From Candidatus Woesearchaeota archaeon (GTDB lineage: Archaea > Nanobdellota > Nanobdellia > Woesearchaeales > UBA9989), in contig DUKZ01000004.1 in the NCBI GenBank assembly GCA_013329045.1, positions 14,171 through 78,170 of the forward strand: a DNA stretch of 64,000 nucleotides. Reading direction: 5' to 3'. This document shows, in pieces, positions 9,538-18,133 of the stretch. Position 1 is the stretch's first letter; the number at the start of each line of letters is the position of its first letter. The notes beneath the pieces were generated by a model. The model searched no databases. It had not been told where the DNA came from and saw only the letters and a list, made by a program, of their open reading frames with translations. A program made the translations under genes and the position numbers.

Positions 9538-10140
9538 TTATTTTGTCCCGCAATAGAAGAACTTTTCGACAGATACATCCGCCGGCGTGAAGCTTCCAGT
9601 CCTTGGCGCAAATTGCTTTGGCGCTTCTGGCCTGGGAATTTGTGCCATTGGCTGCTCTATCAATTCTTTTATTGGTTGTTCCAACCTTTCCTGCACCGCT
9701 ACCTGGGCAGCTATTGTCGGCTCTTTTGGTGAAACCTGCCGAAGCTCTCTTTTGATTTCCTGCTCTACTGCACTCGACCGCGAAAATGGTGCTGCTGCCA
9801 CGAGTTTTTTTAGCTCTGCAACTTCGGTCTGGTGCTGCGAGATGAATTCAGTGAGCTGCTCGCCAAGCTTCATCAATGCTGCCTCAAAGAGCTGCTGCTG
9901 TTCTGCCAAAGCGAACCGCAGTTTTCGATCAACTAAACTGAGGGTTGCGTAATCCCCTTGATATTCTTCCTTATATGCAGCGGGCGCTGGGTGCTCATCC
10001 TCTAGGACGAGCGAGGGGGACAAGTCGCCGTACATTTTTTTCACATAGTCGACACAGTCATCATGGCCTCCAAACACACTTCTGTGCTGGGAGAGCTCCT
10101 TGATCATCGTGTTCATCTTTTTTGCCCTCTCTATATCCAT
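9538..10140 (-). CDS. Hypothetical coiled-coil protein immediately downstream of ftsZ
   Basis: ATG at 10140 sits 10 bp after the ftsZ stop with a GAGGTG SD-like motif; helical middle; C-terminus PRTGSFTPADVSVEKFFYCG. Confidence 0.75.
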   Translation of the reverse strand: MDIERAKKMNTMIKELSQHRSVFGGHDDCVDYVKKMYGDLSPSLVLEDEHPAPAAYKEEYQGDYATLSLVDRKLRFALAEQQQLFEAALMKLGEQLTEFISQHQTEVAELKKLVAAAPFSRSSAVEQEIKRELRQVSPKEPTIAAQVAVQERLEQPIKELIEQPMAQIPRPEAPKQFAPRTGSFTPADVSVEKFFYCGTK

Positions 10141-10150
10141 CGATCCCACC

Positions 10151-11179
10151 TCATACAAAGCTGATACCAAGCTCGTCTTGCAACTGGGTCCTTTTTGACT
10201 CAGCGTGTTGTCTTTTCTTGCCGCCAACAATCCAGGGAGAGGCAACTCCGGTAATTATTGTCATGACACAGATCTTTCCTTTCATTGAGGGATTGACTCT
10301 TGCTCCCCAGATGACATTAGCTTCACTATCTAATGTTCCGGTGGCAAGCTCTCCAATTCTCTCAATCTCTTCTAGTGTCATGTCGGGGCCGCCCTCGACA
10401 TGGATCATGGCGCCATGGGCACCATCGTAGCTGATGTCTAGGAGTGGATTTGATAATGCGCCCCTGACAGCTTCTTCTGCCCGGTTTGCCGTATCACTAA
10501 AGCCAACGCCAATTGCTGCGACATGGCCATCGCTCATGATGGCTTTTACGTCAGCAAAATCCAGGTTGACGAGGCTTGGAGTGGAGATTGTCTCAACAAT
10601 TCCCCGGATCATTGTCGCGATTAGCTCATTTGCGACGGCGAATGCCTGCTGGACGGGGAGATTGCCTGCAATCTTGACTAAGCGATTGTTATCAATGACA
10701 ACGACAGTATCGGAACTAGCTGATAGTTGCTGCAGGCCAAATTCTGCCTTGTCAATCCTTGCACGCTCTATTGCAAATGGCATTGTCGTTGTGCCAATCA
10801 CGATAGCACCCGCCTCTTTTGCCATCTTGGCAACAACGGGCGCAGCGCCAGTTCCGGTGCCACCGCCCATGCCTGCACAGATAAAGACCATATCAGTCTT
10901 GTGGAGGAGGCTTTTGAGCTCATTCATCGTCTCTTGCGCTGCTGCTGCTCCTTTTTCCGGAAAGCCGCCGCAGCCAAGGCCTCTTGTAATGCTCGCGCCG
11001 ATGAGCACTTTGTGGTCTGCATTGACCAGATCTAAATGCTGTTTGTCCGTGTTGAGTGCAAGAATGTCTGCACCCTGGACTCCTTTCTTATATAACCAAT
11101 CTACCATGTTGGAGCCGGCACCGCCGATCCCAAGCACTTTGATGTTGACTTGCCCAGGAGATAGTTCCATATTATTCAC
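10151..11179 (-). CDS. ftsZ: Cell division protein FtsZ (FtsZ2-like)
   Basis: GIGGAGSN, NTD, GMGGGTGTG tubulin signature, NLDFAD; PFAIERAR resembles the archaeal FtsZ2 type. Confidence 0.97.
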   Translation of the reverse strand: MNNMELSPGQVNIKVLGIGGAGSNMVDWLYKKGVQGADILALNTDKQHLDLVNADHKVLIGASITRGLGCGGFPEKGAAAAQETMNELKSLLHKTDMVFICAGMGGGTGTGAAPVVAKMAKEAGAIVIGTTTMPFAIERARIDKAEFGLQQLSASSDTVVVIDNNRLVKIAGNLPVQQAFAVANELIATMIRGIVETISTPSLVNLDFADVKAIMSDGHVAAIGVGFSDTANRAEEAVRGALSNPLLDISYDGAHGAMIHVEGGPDMTLEEIERIGELATGTLDSEANVIWGARVNPSMKGKICVMTIITGVASPWIVGGKKRQHAESKRTQLQDELGISFV

Positions 11180-11339
11180 CTCAGTTTTACAGCACTTATA
11201 TGGAGAGGGTAATATATAAATGTTACGTTTTTGTATACTGGCATAGAGAATTAGTCAAAATGTATATTAGTTGTGTAATTGATAATTATTATATATGCTT
11301 AAAAGTTTTAGGTTCATAGATTGGTTTAGATTGATTTCT

Positions 11340-11921
11340 TTATCGGATATCAGCAGGCATTGCACCATGAGTCATACGATAAAGCTGGTATGCACCATCG
11401 AGAATCTGGATGCTGGTGAGAAAGGTGTGATATACTGGCCGTGACCTGCTGCTTTGGGGCAGGTTATTCAATGTTTCCCTAAATTGATCCCTCGTCCGCA
11501 AATATGATTCAAACAGGCCGGCTAGCTCTGGATCCTGGTGAAGGTCATCCAGGACAGGGTCTGTTAGTTGAAGAATACATTCAGGATCAAACCTCTTGCC
11601 CCTCCGTATCTGGAGAGCCCTTGCCAGTTGGGGAATAGCTTTCCTGACTGGATGATCCTCAGGAGAATAATGGCCATTCGATGCACCCGATGCATTCTGG
11701 CGGTAATCCTGAGCCATGGTGTAGAGGAAGATTCCCCCTTCTATAGAGAAGTCAAACCGATGAGTTCTCCTCCTCTGCGCTCGTCCAAGAGCATAGCCAA
11801 AGAGTATATCCTGACGGTCAAGAGAGAAAAGATGTTCCCAGAGCAGGTCTAATTCTTCGAGCGCCGCAGAAGAGGGAATCACATCCCTTAGAGGGAGAAT
11901 GTCTCCAGGCAGATCGTCCAT
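11340..11921 (-). CDS. Hypothetical protein
   Basis: ~193-aa ORF with upstream TATA-like TTTAAATA; no recognised motif. Confidence 0.6.
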   Translation of the reverse strand: MDDLPGDILPLRDVIPSSAALEELDLLWEHLFSLDRQDILFGYALGRAQRRRTHRFDFSIEGGIFLYTMAQDYRQNASGASNGHYSPEDHPVRKAIPQLARALQIRRGKRFDPECILQLTDPVLDDLHQDPELAGLFESYLRTRDQFRETLNNLPQSSRSRPVYHTFLTSIQILDGAYQLYRMTHGAMPADIR

Positions 11922-12124
11922 GAACAAAGAGAAGCCCCCCCTTATTTAAATATTTTTAGGTTTGTAATGTTACCAGATAGTAGTAAATTTAATTTGTTTT
12001 TTTATTAAATTTCTCAAAGAAAAATGGAGATAAATAAAAATTTCTCACCAAAAGGCTTTAGAATTATTCCGTAATTTATACGTATTGTGGTTCTGAGGCG
12101 GCACCTCTCCCACACCCTGGAACG

Positions 12125-13255
12125 ATGAAAAGAAATTTATATGTACAATTTGTAGGGCTGGCAGCTGTTGCAAGCGCACTTGTTGCTGCTGCACCGGAAA
12201 AAGGATACACGCCAGAAATACTTCCAAGAGAAACACCCTCTCTTATTGAGCATAGAGCAGTTATTCCTCATGAACAGCAGCCTGAATCATTCTTTTTGCC
12301 ATCTGCACCATATACTCCAGATATAACTATTCTTTATCCACGGCCAGCACCAGAGCCAGCTCCTGCACCAGAACCTGCCCTGAGAGTCCCGGAAACAGTG
12401 TCCTATACGTTCACCATCAATGGCCGATGGAGCCAAATGGTTGATGGATTATCAGAAAACATCCCTGAAGGATATGCTCCTGTTGTCGTTGAATTATATA
12501 AAGAACTCAATGCTCCTGTATCGCCTTTTCCCGTCGGGGAACATACAATTAATATCCCCCGATCAGCATTAGAAGAACGACTGGAAGAGAGAGGATATCT
12601 GCCTCCAGAACAAAGAGGAGGGCAACGAGCAATTTATATCCAACAACCAGTGAATCAACGAAACCTTCGACAGCAAATCAATCGCCAGACTGGTTATACC
12701 GGATTTTTGCTCGCAAGAGCGCTCTTTGAGATTGAAACAGAGCAGGGAGAACTGCAGGATAGCAGGTTTGTCTATGTCGATGAAACCCGGATCAATCAAG
12801 AGTATGAACAAATGGTACAGCCAATCGTTGATGTAAATATTGGTGGAAGCCAGCTCATCAGAAATGGCATGACCACTGCTAGCAATTATAATTCTGGAAG
12901 CATCACGTCAAGCGGCAGAAGGTTTAACTGGAGAGAAGCCACCTGCGCATTAAATATGGCACTTCGCATCAGAGGGGAAAACGGAAACCCGAGACGAATG
13001 CCGTTTGGATCGCTCGTTTTAGTGACAAATATGGACGAAGGATCCTCTACCTATTTACAATCAATGGTTGCAGAATATACTGATAATGGCCCATTTCATG
13101 TCGGGCTCTGGAACAACAGAAGGCAGCTTGCACCGCATCCAACAAGGGGCATTGATGTTTCGACCGGATTTAAGCGAATGCTTGGACTTGACGACCTTGC
13201 AAGAGTCCATCTTGAGATCATCAGACCTGAAGGCAGAAGAACATTACAACGCTGA
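12125..13255 (+). CDS. Secreted protein with a C-terminal RlpA-like double-psi beta-barrel (lytic transglycosylase-like) domain
   Basis: Signal peptide and Pro-rich linker; ASNY..GSITSSGRRF....TCAL...MPFGSLVLVTN...DNGPF...RGIDVS matches the RlpA pattern. Confidence 0.75.
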   Translation: MKRNLYVQFVGLAAVASALVAAAPEKGYTPEILPRETPSLIEHRAVIPHEQQPESFFLPSAPYTPDITILYPRPAPEPAPAPEPALRVPETVSYTFTINGRWSQMVDGLSENIPEGYAPVVVELYKELNAPVSPFPVGEHTINIPRSALEERLEERGYLPPEQRGGQRAIYIQQPVNQRNLRQQINRQTGYTGFLLARALFEIETEQGELQDSRFVYVDETRINQEYEQMVQPIVDVNIGGSQLIRNGMTTASNYNSGSITSSGRRFNWREATCALNMALRIRGENGNPRRMPFGSLVLVTNMDEGSSTYLQSMVAEYTDNGPFHVGLWNNRRQLAPHPTRGIDVSTGFKRMLGLDDLARVHLEIIRPEGRRTLQR

Positions 13256-13693
13256 TTTCTTTCCTTTCCCATTCTTCCTGAAGGGAGAATGCTCTTTTGA
13301 GACTGAAGGAATTCTTGGGACAGCAGCTGCAAAGATGATGCCTATCAAGGCCATGAAATAAAGGCCATACCCTATCGCGATACCAATCGAACACCCAAAC
13401 CATACGCTTGCTGCAGTCGTCAAATTAGTTATGGTGCCATGTTCACCTTTTATAATGACACCAGCGCCAAGAAAGCCGATGCCGGAGATTATTGCTGCAG
13501 CAATCCTTGCTGAAGGGTCGATCAATGAAGAGAGGAAGGCAAACATCATCGAGCCGCCGATGACGAGTGAATGTGTGGCGATACCTGCTGGTTTTTCTCT
13601 TGATTCTCTCTCTGCACCGATGATAAGGCCAGCTAACAAAGAGAATAAAAGATTGAAGAGGAAAGGGAGTTCATAACCGGATGTCAGCATCAT
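13244..13693 (-). CDS. MgtC/SapB family membrane protein
   Basis: IGAERESREKPAGIATH, RIAAAIISGIGFLGAGVI, LTTAASVW. Confidence 0.9.
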   Translation of the reverse strand: MMLTSGYELPFLFNLLFSLLAGLIIGAERESREKPAGIATHSLVIGGSMMFAFLSSLIDPSARIAAAIISGIGFLGAGVIIKGEHGTITNLTTAASVWFGCSIGIAIGYGLYFMALIGIIFAAAVPRIPSVSKEHSPFRKNGKGKKSAL

Positions 13694-13738
13694 CTTCTCT
13701 TATTGAACATTTCCCTTTAAAAATATATTGTTCTCTAT

Positions 13739-13950
13739 GGCTTTGTAGAAAATCTCGCTTCGCGAGTGAGCATCAGCCTCGGTTCCGTGCCAATATCATT
13801 AGAATGCGGGTCCCTCCCGAAGTCCACCAAAAGCAAAGCTTTTGGGTCGCGAAAACTATATTTTCGCAGGTCCAACCCCTCCCGCAGACTTACATTTCAT
13901 CTTTAAGAGAACCTCGGAAGATGATGCTCACCACTATTTTCTACAAACCC
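13739..13950. mobile_element. MITE-like structured repeat, copy 1
   Basis: TIR GGCTTTGTAGAAAAT / ATTTTCTACAAACCC; flanked by gttctctat / attctctat; core shared with 56903-57105. Confidence 0.75.
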
Positions 13951-13955
13951 ATTCT

Positions 13956-15071
13956 CTATAATCCAACAGCACTCGACAGAGAGAGAATCCTCTCGATCAC
14001 TTCCTTATCTATTGCTGCCTCATGATGATCTAATCTTGGAAAAGGATCAACAACACCATCTAATGACCTTCCGATAGCATCCAGCATCCCAAGCGCGAGC
14101 TCTGGACTATCAACTGCCCTGATACCTTGATCCCCCATTATCTGATGGTACACCTGATATGTCAGTTTTCCTCCAGGGATGAATGCCAAAGCGCGCGTAT
14201 CCATCGTCGGGAAAAAGACATCGATCATTCTCTGATCAGTTCCAAATGCTCGCTGCACCGCATCCTGTATGACTAATTTTGGCAGATATAAACTTGTTGA
14301 GTATGCGCCCTGCCTGCCAAAAACATCAGATGAAGGATCCCTCCCTTCAACATCCAAGCTTCCTCGCCAATCAGCAAAAGCCAAAACCGATACACTGAAA
14401 CCAGCAGCTCTTAGTGTTTGAGGGAACTGGACAGCCATCGTCCCCATAATATTTATTGTTGCCTCAACCTGCCGTTCTTCCAATGGAGTGAGCCGCCATT
14501 GGAACAGTTCCGGTCTGCCACCCACAACCCTGACATCCTTTGAATAGACAGTTGGTTGACCTTCTAATAGTCCACAGCTGGCCGCTGCGACAGTGTTGAT
14601 ATAGATAATATCCGTTGCCCCAATATCATGGAGGCCCTGCTGGATTGCGGCGAATTGATTGCCCTCCACCGTCATCCCTCGATAGTTCTGGAAAAAATGA
14701 TTGGCCCTCTTTGCCTCCTCGACTTTTTCCCGGTAGGCTTCAGTTGTGAAATAACCAAGCGTCAAACCTCTCATATCTCTTGAGAGAATGGTGATACTGC
14801 CAATTGTATCAAGATAAGGAAGGAGTGCAGTTGCAACGGCAAATCCTAGCCCTTGCCCAGAAGCACCTGCGAGAAGAAGATGCCTGCCTGCCAGCCAACC
14901 AAGATTGTATGAAGACGCATGACGCGCTTGTTCCTGCAGATTGCGTTCGAGCAACGATGCTGCTTCACCTGGATATGAAGCGATCTCTTCTTCATTTGGC
15001 CTTGATGGTGCCGGTGCCCCCTCGACAATTTCTAGTCCGGGGAATGGTCTTGTGTAAGGTGAATTTGCCAT
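13956..15071 (-). CDS. Distant FabV/Ter (trans-2-enoyl-CoA/ACP reductase)-like SDR protein
   Basis: LLAGASGQGLG, EERQVEATINIMG, Y-x7-K (YSTSLYLPK), DTRALAFIP..TYQVYHQIMGDQG and RLDHHE parallel FabV motifs; start moved to ATG 15071 because the track start overlaps the tRNA. Confidence 0.6.
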   Translation of the reverse strand: MANSPYTRPFPGLEIVEGAPAPSRPNEEEIASYPGEAASLLERNLQEQARHASSYNLGWLAGRHLLLAGASGQGLGFAVATALLPYLDTIGSITILSRDMRGLTLGYFTTEAYREKVEEAKRANHFFQNYRGMTVEGNQFAAIQQGLHDIGATDIIYINTVAAASCGLLEGQPTVYSKDVRVVGGRPELFQWRLTPLEERQVEATINIMGTMAVQFPQTLRAAGFSVSVLAFADWRGSLDVEGRDPSSDVFGRQGAYSTSLYLPKLVIQDAVQRAFGTDQRMIDVFFPTMDTRALAFIPGGKLTYQVYHQIMGDQGIRAVDSPELALGMLDAIGRSLDGVVDPFPRLDHHEAAIDKEVIERILSLSSAVGL

Positions 15072-15215
15072 AACGCAGAATTGGGGCTCTGACTTATAAT
15101 AATTATTGAGATGAAGACGTGGTGATAAAAGCGGGAAAAGAGATAAACCTGCGAGGTAGACAAAAACAAAGTTTTTGAGCCTCGCATGCCCAGTTATATA
15201 GTAAATATTACTGGA

Positions 15216-15289
15216 TGAGCCTGCGAGGATTTGAACCCCGGTCAATCGGTCCGAAGCCGACCGCACTATCCAAGCTATGCTACAGGCCC
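15216..15289 (-). tRNA. tRNA-Arg(TCG)
   Basis: GGGCCTG/CAGGCTC acceptor stem, GTCGG-CTTCGGA-CCGAT anticodon arm, GTTCAAATC T-loop; CCA not encoded. Confidence 0.95.
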
Positions 15290-15370
15290 ATAAAAGAAAG
15301 TGGAGAGAGGGAGTTTATAAATGTTACAGAAAATGAATCTCTTTTCTTTGGAAATGAAAAAATAATTCAT

Positions 15371-15652
15371 TCACTTCTTTGCGAGCAAAATCTCAATCGT
15401 GCTCACACGAACATCTCTTCCTTCCTTGTTCTTGAAATCTTCAGAATCTATGGTTATGCCCTTGATGACAATCTGGTCCGCAAGGAAGCGCTTGACGGCA
15501 ACCTGGGCAACATCAACTGCCCTGGAAATAAACTTTCCTCTGGCTTTTATAGTTACTTCGTGTGCATTCTTTGTCGTAAACTGCATCACCACACTAGTTA
15601 CATAATTCATAAAAGGCTTATTGCCTATAAATACAGAACTGTCGTCACCCAT
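15371..15652 (-). CDS. albA: DNA/RNA-binding protein Alba
   Basis: VFIGNKPFMNYV, IKARGKFISRAVDVA, VSTIEI. Confidence 0.96.
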   Translation of the reverse strand: MGDDSSVFIGNKPFMNYVTSVVMQFTTKNAHEVTIKARGKFISRAVDVAQVAVKRFLADQIVIKGITIDSEDFKNKEGRDVRVSTIEILLAKK

Positions 15653-15669
15653 AGTTTCCCCCCAATGAT

Positions 15670-15858
15670 TTACGATGAGTGTTTGGTGCGCCTGGTCAAA
15701 AATCCTGCCACGGCATTCCTAATCTTCTTTGAAGTCACGTTCGTATGTTTATTAACAAGTATCTTGTTCTCTTCGTAATTCTTCTTAAAGGCGCCAGGGT
15801 GCTGGGCCATGAGCTCACTCGTGAGCCTCTTTGTCAATACTGTTTTTATCCTTCCCAT
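15670..15858 (-). CDS. rps17e: 30S ribosomal protein S17e
   Basis: MGRIKT..KR, F..NYEENK, SKKIRNAVAGFLTR. Confidence 0.95.
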   Translation of the reverse strand: MGRIKTVLTKRLTSELMAQHPGAFKKNYEENKILVNKHTNVTSKKIRNAVAGFLTRRTKHSS

Positions 15859-16049
15859 ACCTACTCTGGAGGAAGGTTTCTATATAAAGGTTTTGGAAAG
15901 GTCTCGAGAGAGAAGGGAGGTGATGGTGATATTTTGGATAGTAGTATAGTTTTTTGGATATTATCTTTTTTTAATGATCTTTTTTTAGAGGCTAATCACT
16001 CCAGATAGTATAATAGGAGATAATAGAAGATAATAAAATATTAGAACAA

Positions 16050-16331
16050 ATGACCATTCATGATTGCATGAGAAAGGCAACCCTTCTTGGTATTCTTGCT
16101 GCTCTTGGAGCAGTCTATGGACGAGAGCCTGAAGCAGCCCAACCAGAGTTTATGACACCGCCAAGCGAGAGCGCACCTGCCCCTGCCCTCCCGCCCCTCC
16201 GGCCGCAACTGACAGTTCCCCTCCCCCATATCCCAGAGCCAGAACCATCAATCATTAAACCTCGGATGGACCCCTATCAGGCGCCTTCTCACGAACAAGA
16301 AAGGTATTATGGCATCGTTAGATATTGTTGA
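16050..16331 (+). CDS. Small Pro-rich protein with a signal peptide (possibly a truncated remnant)
   Basis: RKATLLGILAALGAVYG followed by a PAPALPP linker; ends 3 bp before the dif/attC-like site. Confidence 0.45.
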   Translation: MTIHDCMRKATLLGILAALGAVYGREPEAAQPEFMTPPSESAPAPALPPLRPQLTVPLPHIPEPEPSIIKPRMDPYQAPSHEQERYYGIVRYC

Positions 16332-16516
16332 ATTTTAAGGATATACCTCTGTTATACGCAATTCAAAGAATATTTTTCTAAAATGAATAATGAAGATAGG
16401 CTTTCTGAAAGGCGAATAAATTTGATTTTTCTTTTATTTATAGAGGGGGATAAAATGGTACTTTCTCCACTCCGTTCCGAAAAATCTATAAAGAAAATAG
16501 TTTAAGAAATGTGATT

Positions 16517-17899
16517 ATGAGTATTAAACCAAGCATCTACACAACAAGAGCTCGTTACCCAGCCCTGCTTTTCCCAACAGCATGGTACTATTATTATCTC
16601 GCTACTGATAAATTCTATAATGACTTCGGTGTCAAGTTTGAAAAAGTTGGAACAATTATCGAAGATAATATGCGTAAAGATATGTATTATCCGATAAACA
16701 CCGCAATTCGTTTCCAAAAGAAATTCATTCAAAAAATTCTTACCTCACCCCATTTTCTTGAAAATCTCAAGGAGCAATTATTTATCGACAGGGCAAAATT
16801 TTTAAAATTTTTACAACAACATGAGACCGTAGATTCATGCACTTTATCAGATAATAAACTGATGTCCTTGTACAAAGAGTATACTCTCCTCTACACTACC
16901 TTCAATTACCCAGCTGTTGTTATTGTTGTGCTTGGAATTGAAGAGCTTGTTCGGGAAGTACAGAAGATTTTACATGACCAATCCGAGTTTGACATTTTCC
17001 TAAAATCGTCTACACTTCCCTATTTATTGCAATACGAACTAGATATACTAGAGGGAAGTATAGAAGATCTAGACACAATTCTCAAAAAATGGTACTGGAT
17101 TCCATTTGATTATTACGGTGCTGATGAGTGGGATAAAAATCATTTTCTATTAGAACTGAAAAAAACAAAAGATGCAGAGAGGACGACCTATTTAAAAAAC
17201 TATCAAACAATTACTTTGAGGAAACAAAAAGAAATTTTAGAAAACAAAAAATTGACCTCGAGTGAAAAGAGGCTTGTCAAAGCATTACCAACACTCATTT
17301 ACATTCAAGATGAAAGAAAAAGAGTAACAAATCTATCATATCCTTTTCTTCACAAGAAGATATTTAATGAATTTGCCAGACGATTGGGTATCCAAAAAGA
17401 GATTGTCTGGCTTATGACTCCAAATGAAATACAAAGAGGATTTGCTGGAGAAAAAAAAGATTTTTCTTATAGAAAAAAAGAGTGCGTACTAGAAGTTTCT
17501 GAAGACAATTTTACTATACATGATAAACTCCCTTCATATATCTCCTATGAGATGGTTGATGAAGACAAAGAATTCATCAAAGGTGTGGTAGCGTCAGGCG
17601 GTAAAACAAGAGGGATGGTTAGAATATGTATCTCTTCAAAAGAGGTTTCTCAAATGCGAAAAGGCGAAATTTTGGTAGCGCCAGCTACTACACCCGATTA
17701 CATTCTCGGTTTTAAAAAAGCCATCGCTGTAATAACTGATGAGGGTGGATTGAGCAGTCATGCTGCCGTTGTATCTCGAGAAATGAACCTACCGTGCGTT
17801 ATAGGAACAAAAATTGCTTCTAAGATTTTGAAAAATGGAGATCTCGTGGAAGTAGACGCGAATAAAGGGATAATTAAAATTCTAAAAAAGAACCAATAA
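16517..17899 (+). CDS. PEP-utilising enzyme mobile (His) domain protein with a large helical N-terminus
   Basis: LVAPATTPDY...AVITDEGGLSSHAAVVSREMNLPCVIGTK...GDLVEVDANKG; no ATP-grasp or TIM-barrel domain recognisable. Confidence 0.88.
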   Translation: MSIKPSIYTTRARYPALLFPTAWYYYYLATDKFYNDFGVKFEKVGTIIEDNMRKDMYYPINTAIRFQKKFIQKILTSPHFLENLKEQLFIDRAKFLKFLQQHETVDSCTLSDNKLMSLYKEYTLLYTTFNYPAVVIVVLGIEELVREVQKILHDQSEFDIFLKSSTLPYLLQYELDILEGSIEDLDTILKKWYWIPFDYYGADEWDKNHFLLELKKTKDAERTTYLKNYQTITLRKQKEILENKKLTSSEKRLVKALPTLIYIQDERKRVTNLSYPFLHKKIFNEFARRLGIQKEIVWLMTPNEIQRGFAGEKKDFSYRKKECVLEVSEDNFTIHDKLPSYISYEMVDEDKEFIKGVVASGGKTRGMVRICISSKEVSQMRKGEILVAPATTPDYILGFKKAIAVITDEGGLSSHAAVVSREMNLPCVIGTKIASKILKNGDLVEVDANKGIIKILKKNQ

Positions 17900-17904
17900 T
17901 TTGT

Positions 17905-17949
17905 TTTGAAAAATGAAAGAGGGGTTAGGGGTGAATTTCATTTTTCAAA
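17905..17949. terminator. Perfect 14-bp stem-loop just after the stop codon
   Basis: TTTGAAAAATGAAA ... TTTCATTTTTCAAA. Confidence 0.45.
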
Positions 17950-18133
17950 GCGAAAAAAATCAAATTTATAAGTATTGAGGAAAGCCTATCATAATGAGTA
18001 AGAACGAAAAATATTTTTTTGAACTCTCTCCGCTTCGCTCCGAGCCACGCTGCACTCTCGCTACACTTCGTTTCGCTCGGGGCGTATAACAAGGGACCCT
18101 AACGTTAAATTTAAGAATATAACTCTATTGAAT

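Larger units (their letters stand above)
16335..18110. mobile_element. AT-rich single-gene cassette bounded by inverted, box-structured recombination-site-like ends
   Basis: Four inverted boxes at each end: GTTATACGC/GCGTATAAC, TTCAAAGAATATTTTTC, GATAGGCTTTC, ATAAATTTGATTTTT; composition differs from the flanks. Confidence 0.65.

Noticed and set aside
10434-11219. Long antisense ORFs (also 20944-21933, 52425-53036, 62909-63760 and others)
   Set aside because: Antisense shadows of well-supported genes; no recognisable motifs.
15148-15228. CCTGCGAGG repeated near the tRNA 3' end as a possible attL/attR
   Set aside because: Only 9 bp, about 70 bp apart, with no integrase or cargo between.
15072-15266. 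N-terminal extension of the 436-aa ORF, and the + strand ORF 15215-15778
   Set aside because: They overlap the tRNA-Arg gene and alba; the plausible start is ATG 15071.
16517-17899. Annotation as PEP synthase or rifampin phosphotransferase
   Set aside because: Only the swivel His domain is recognisable; the ATP-grasp domain is absent.
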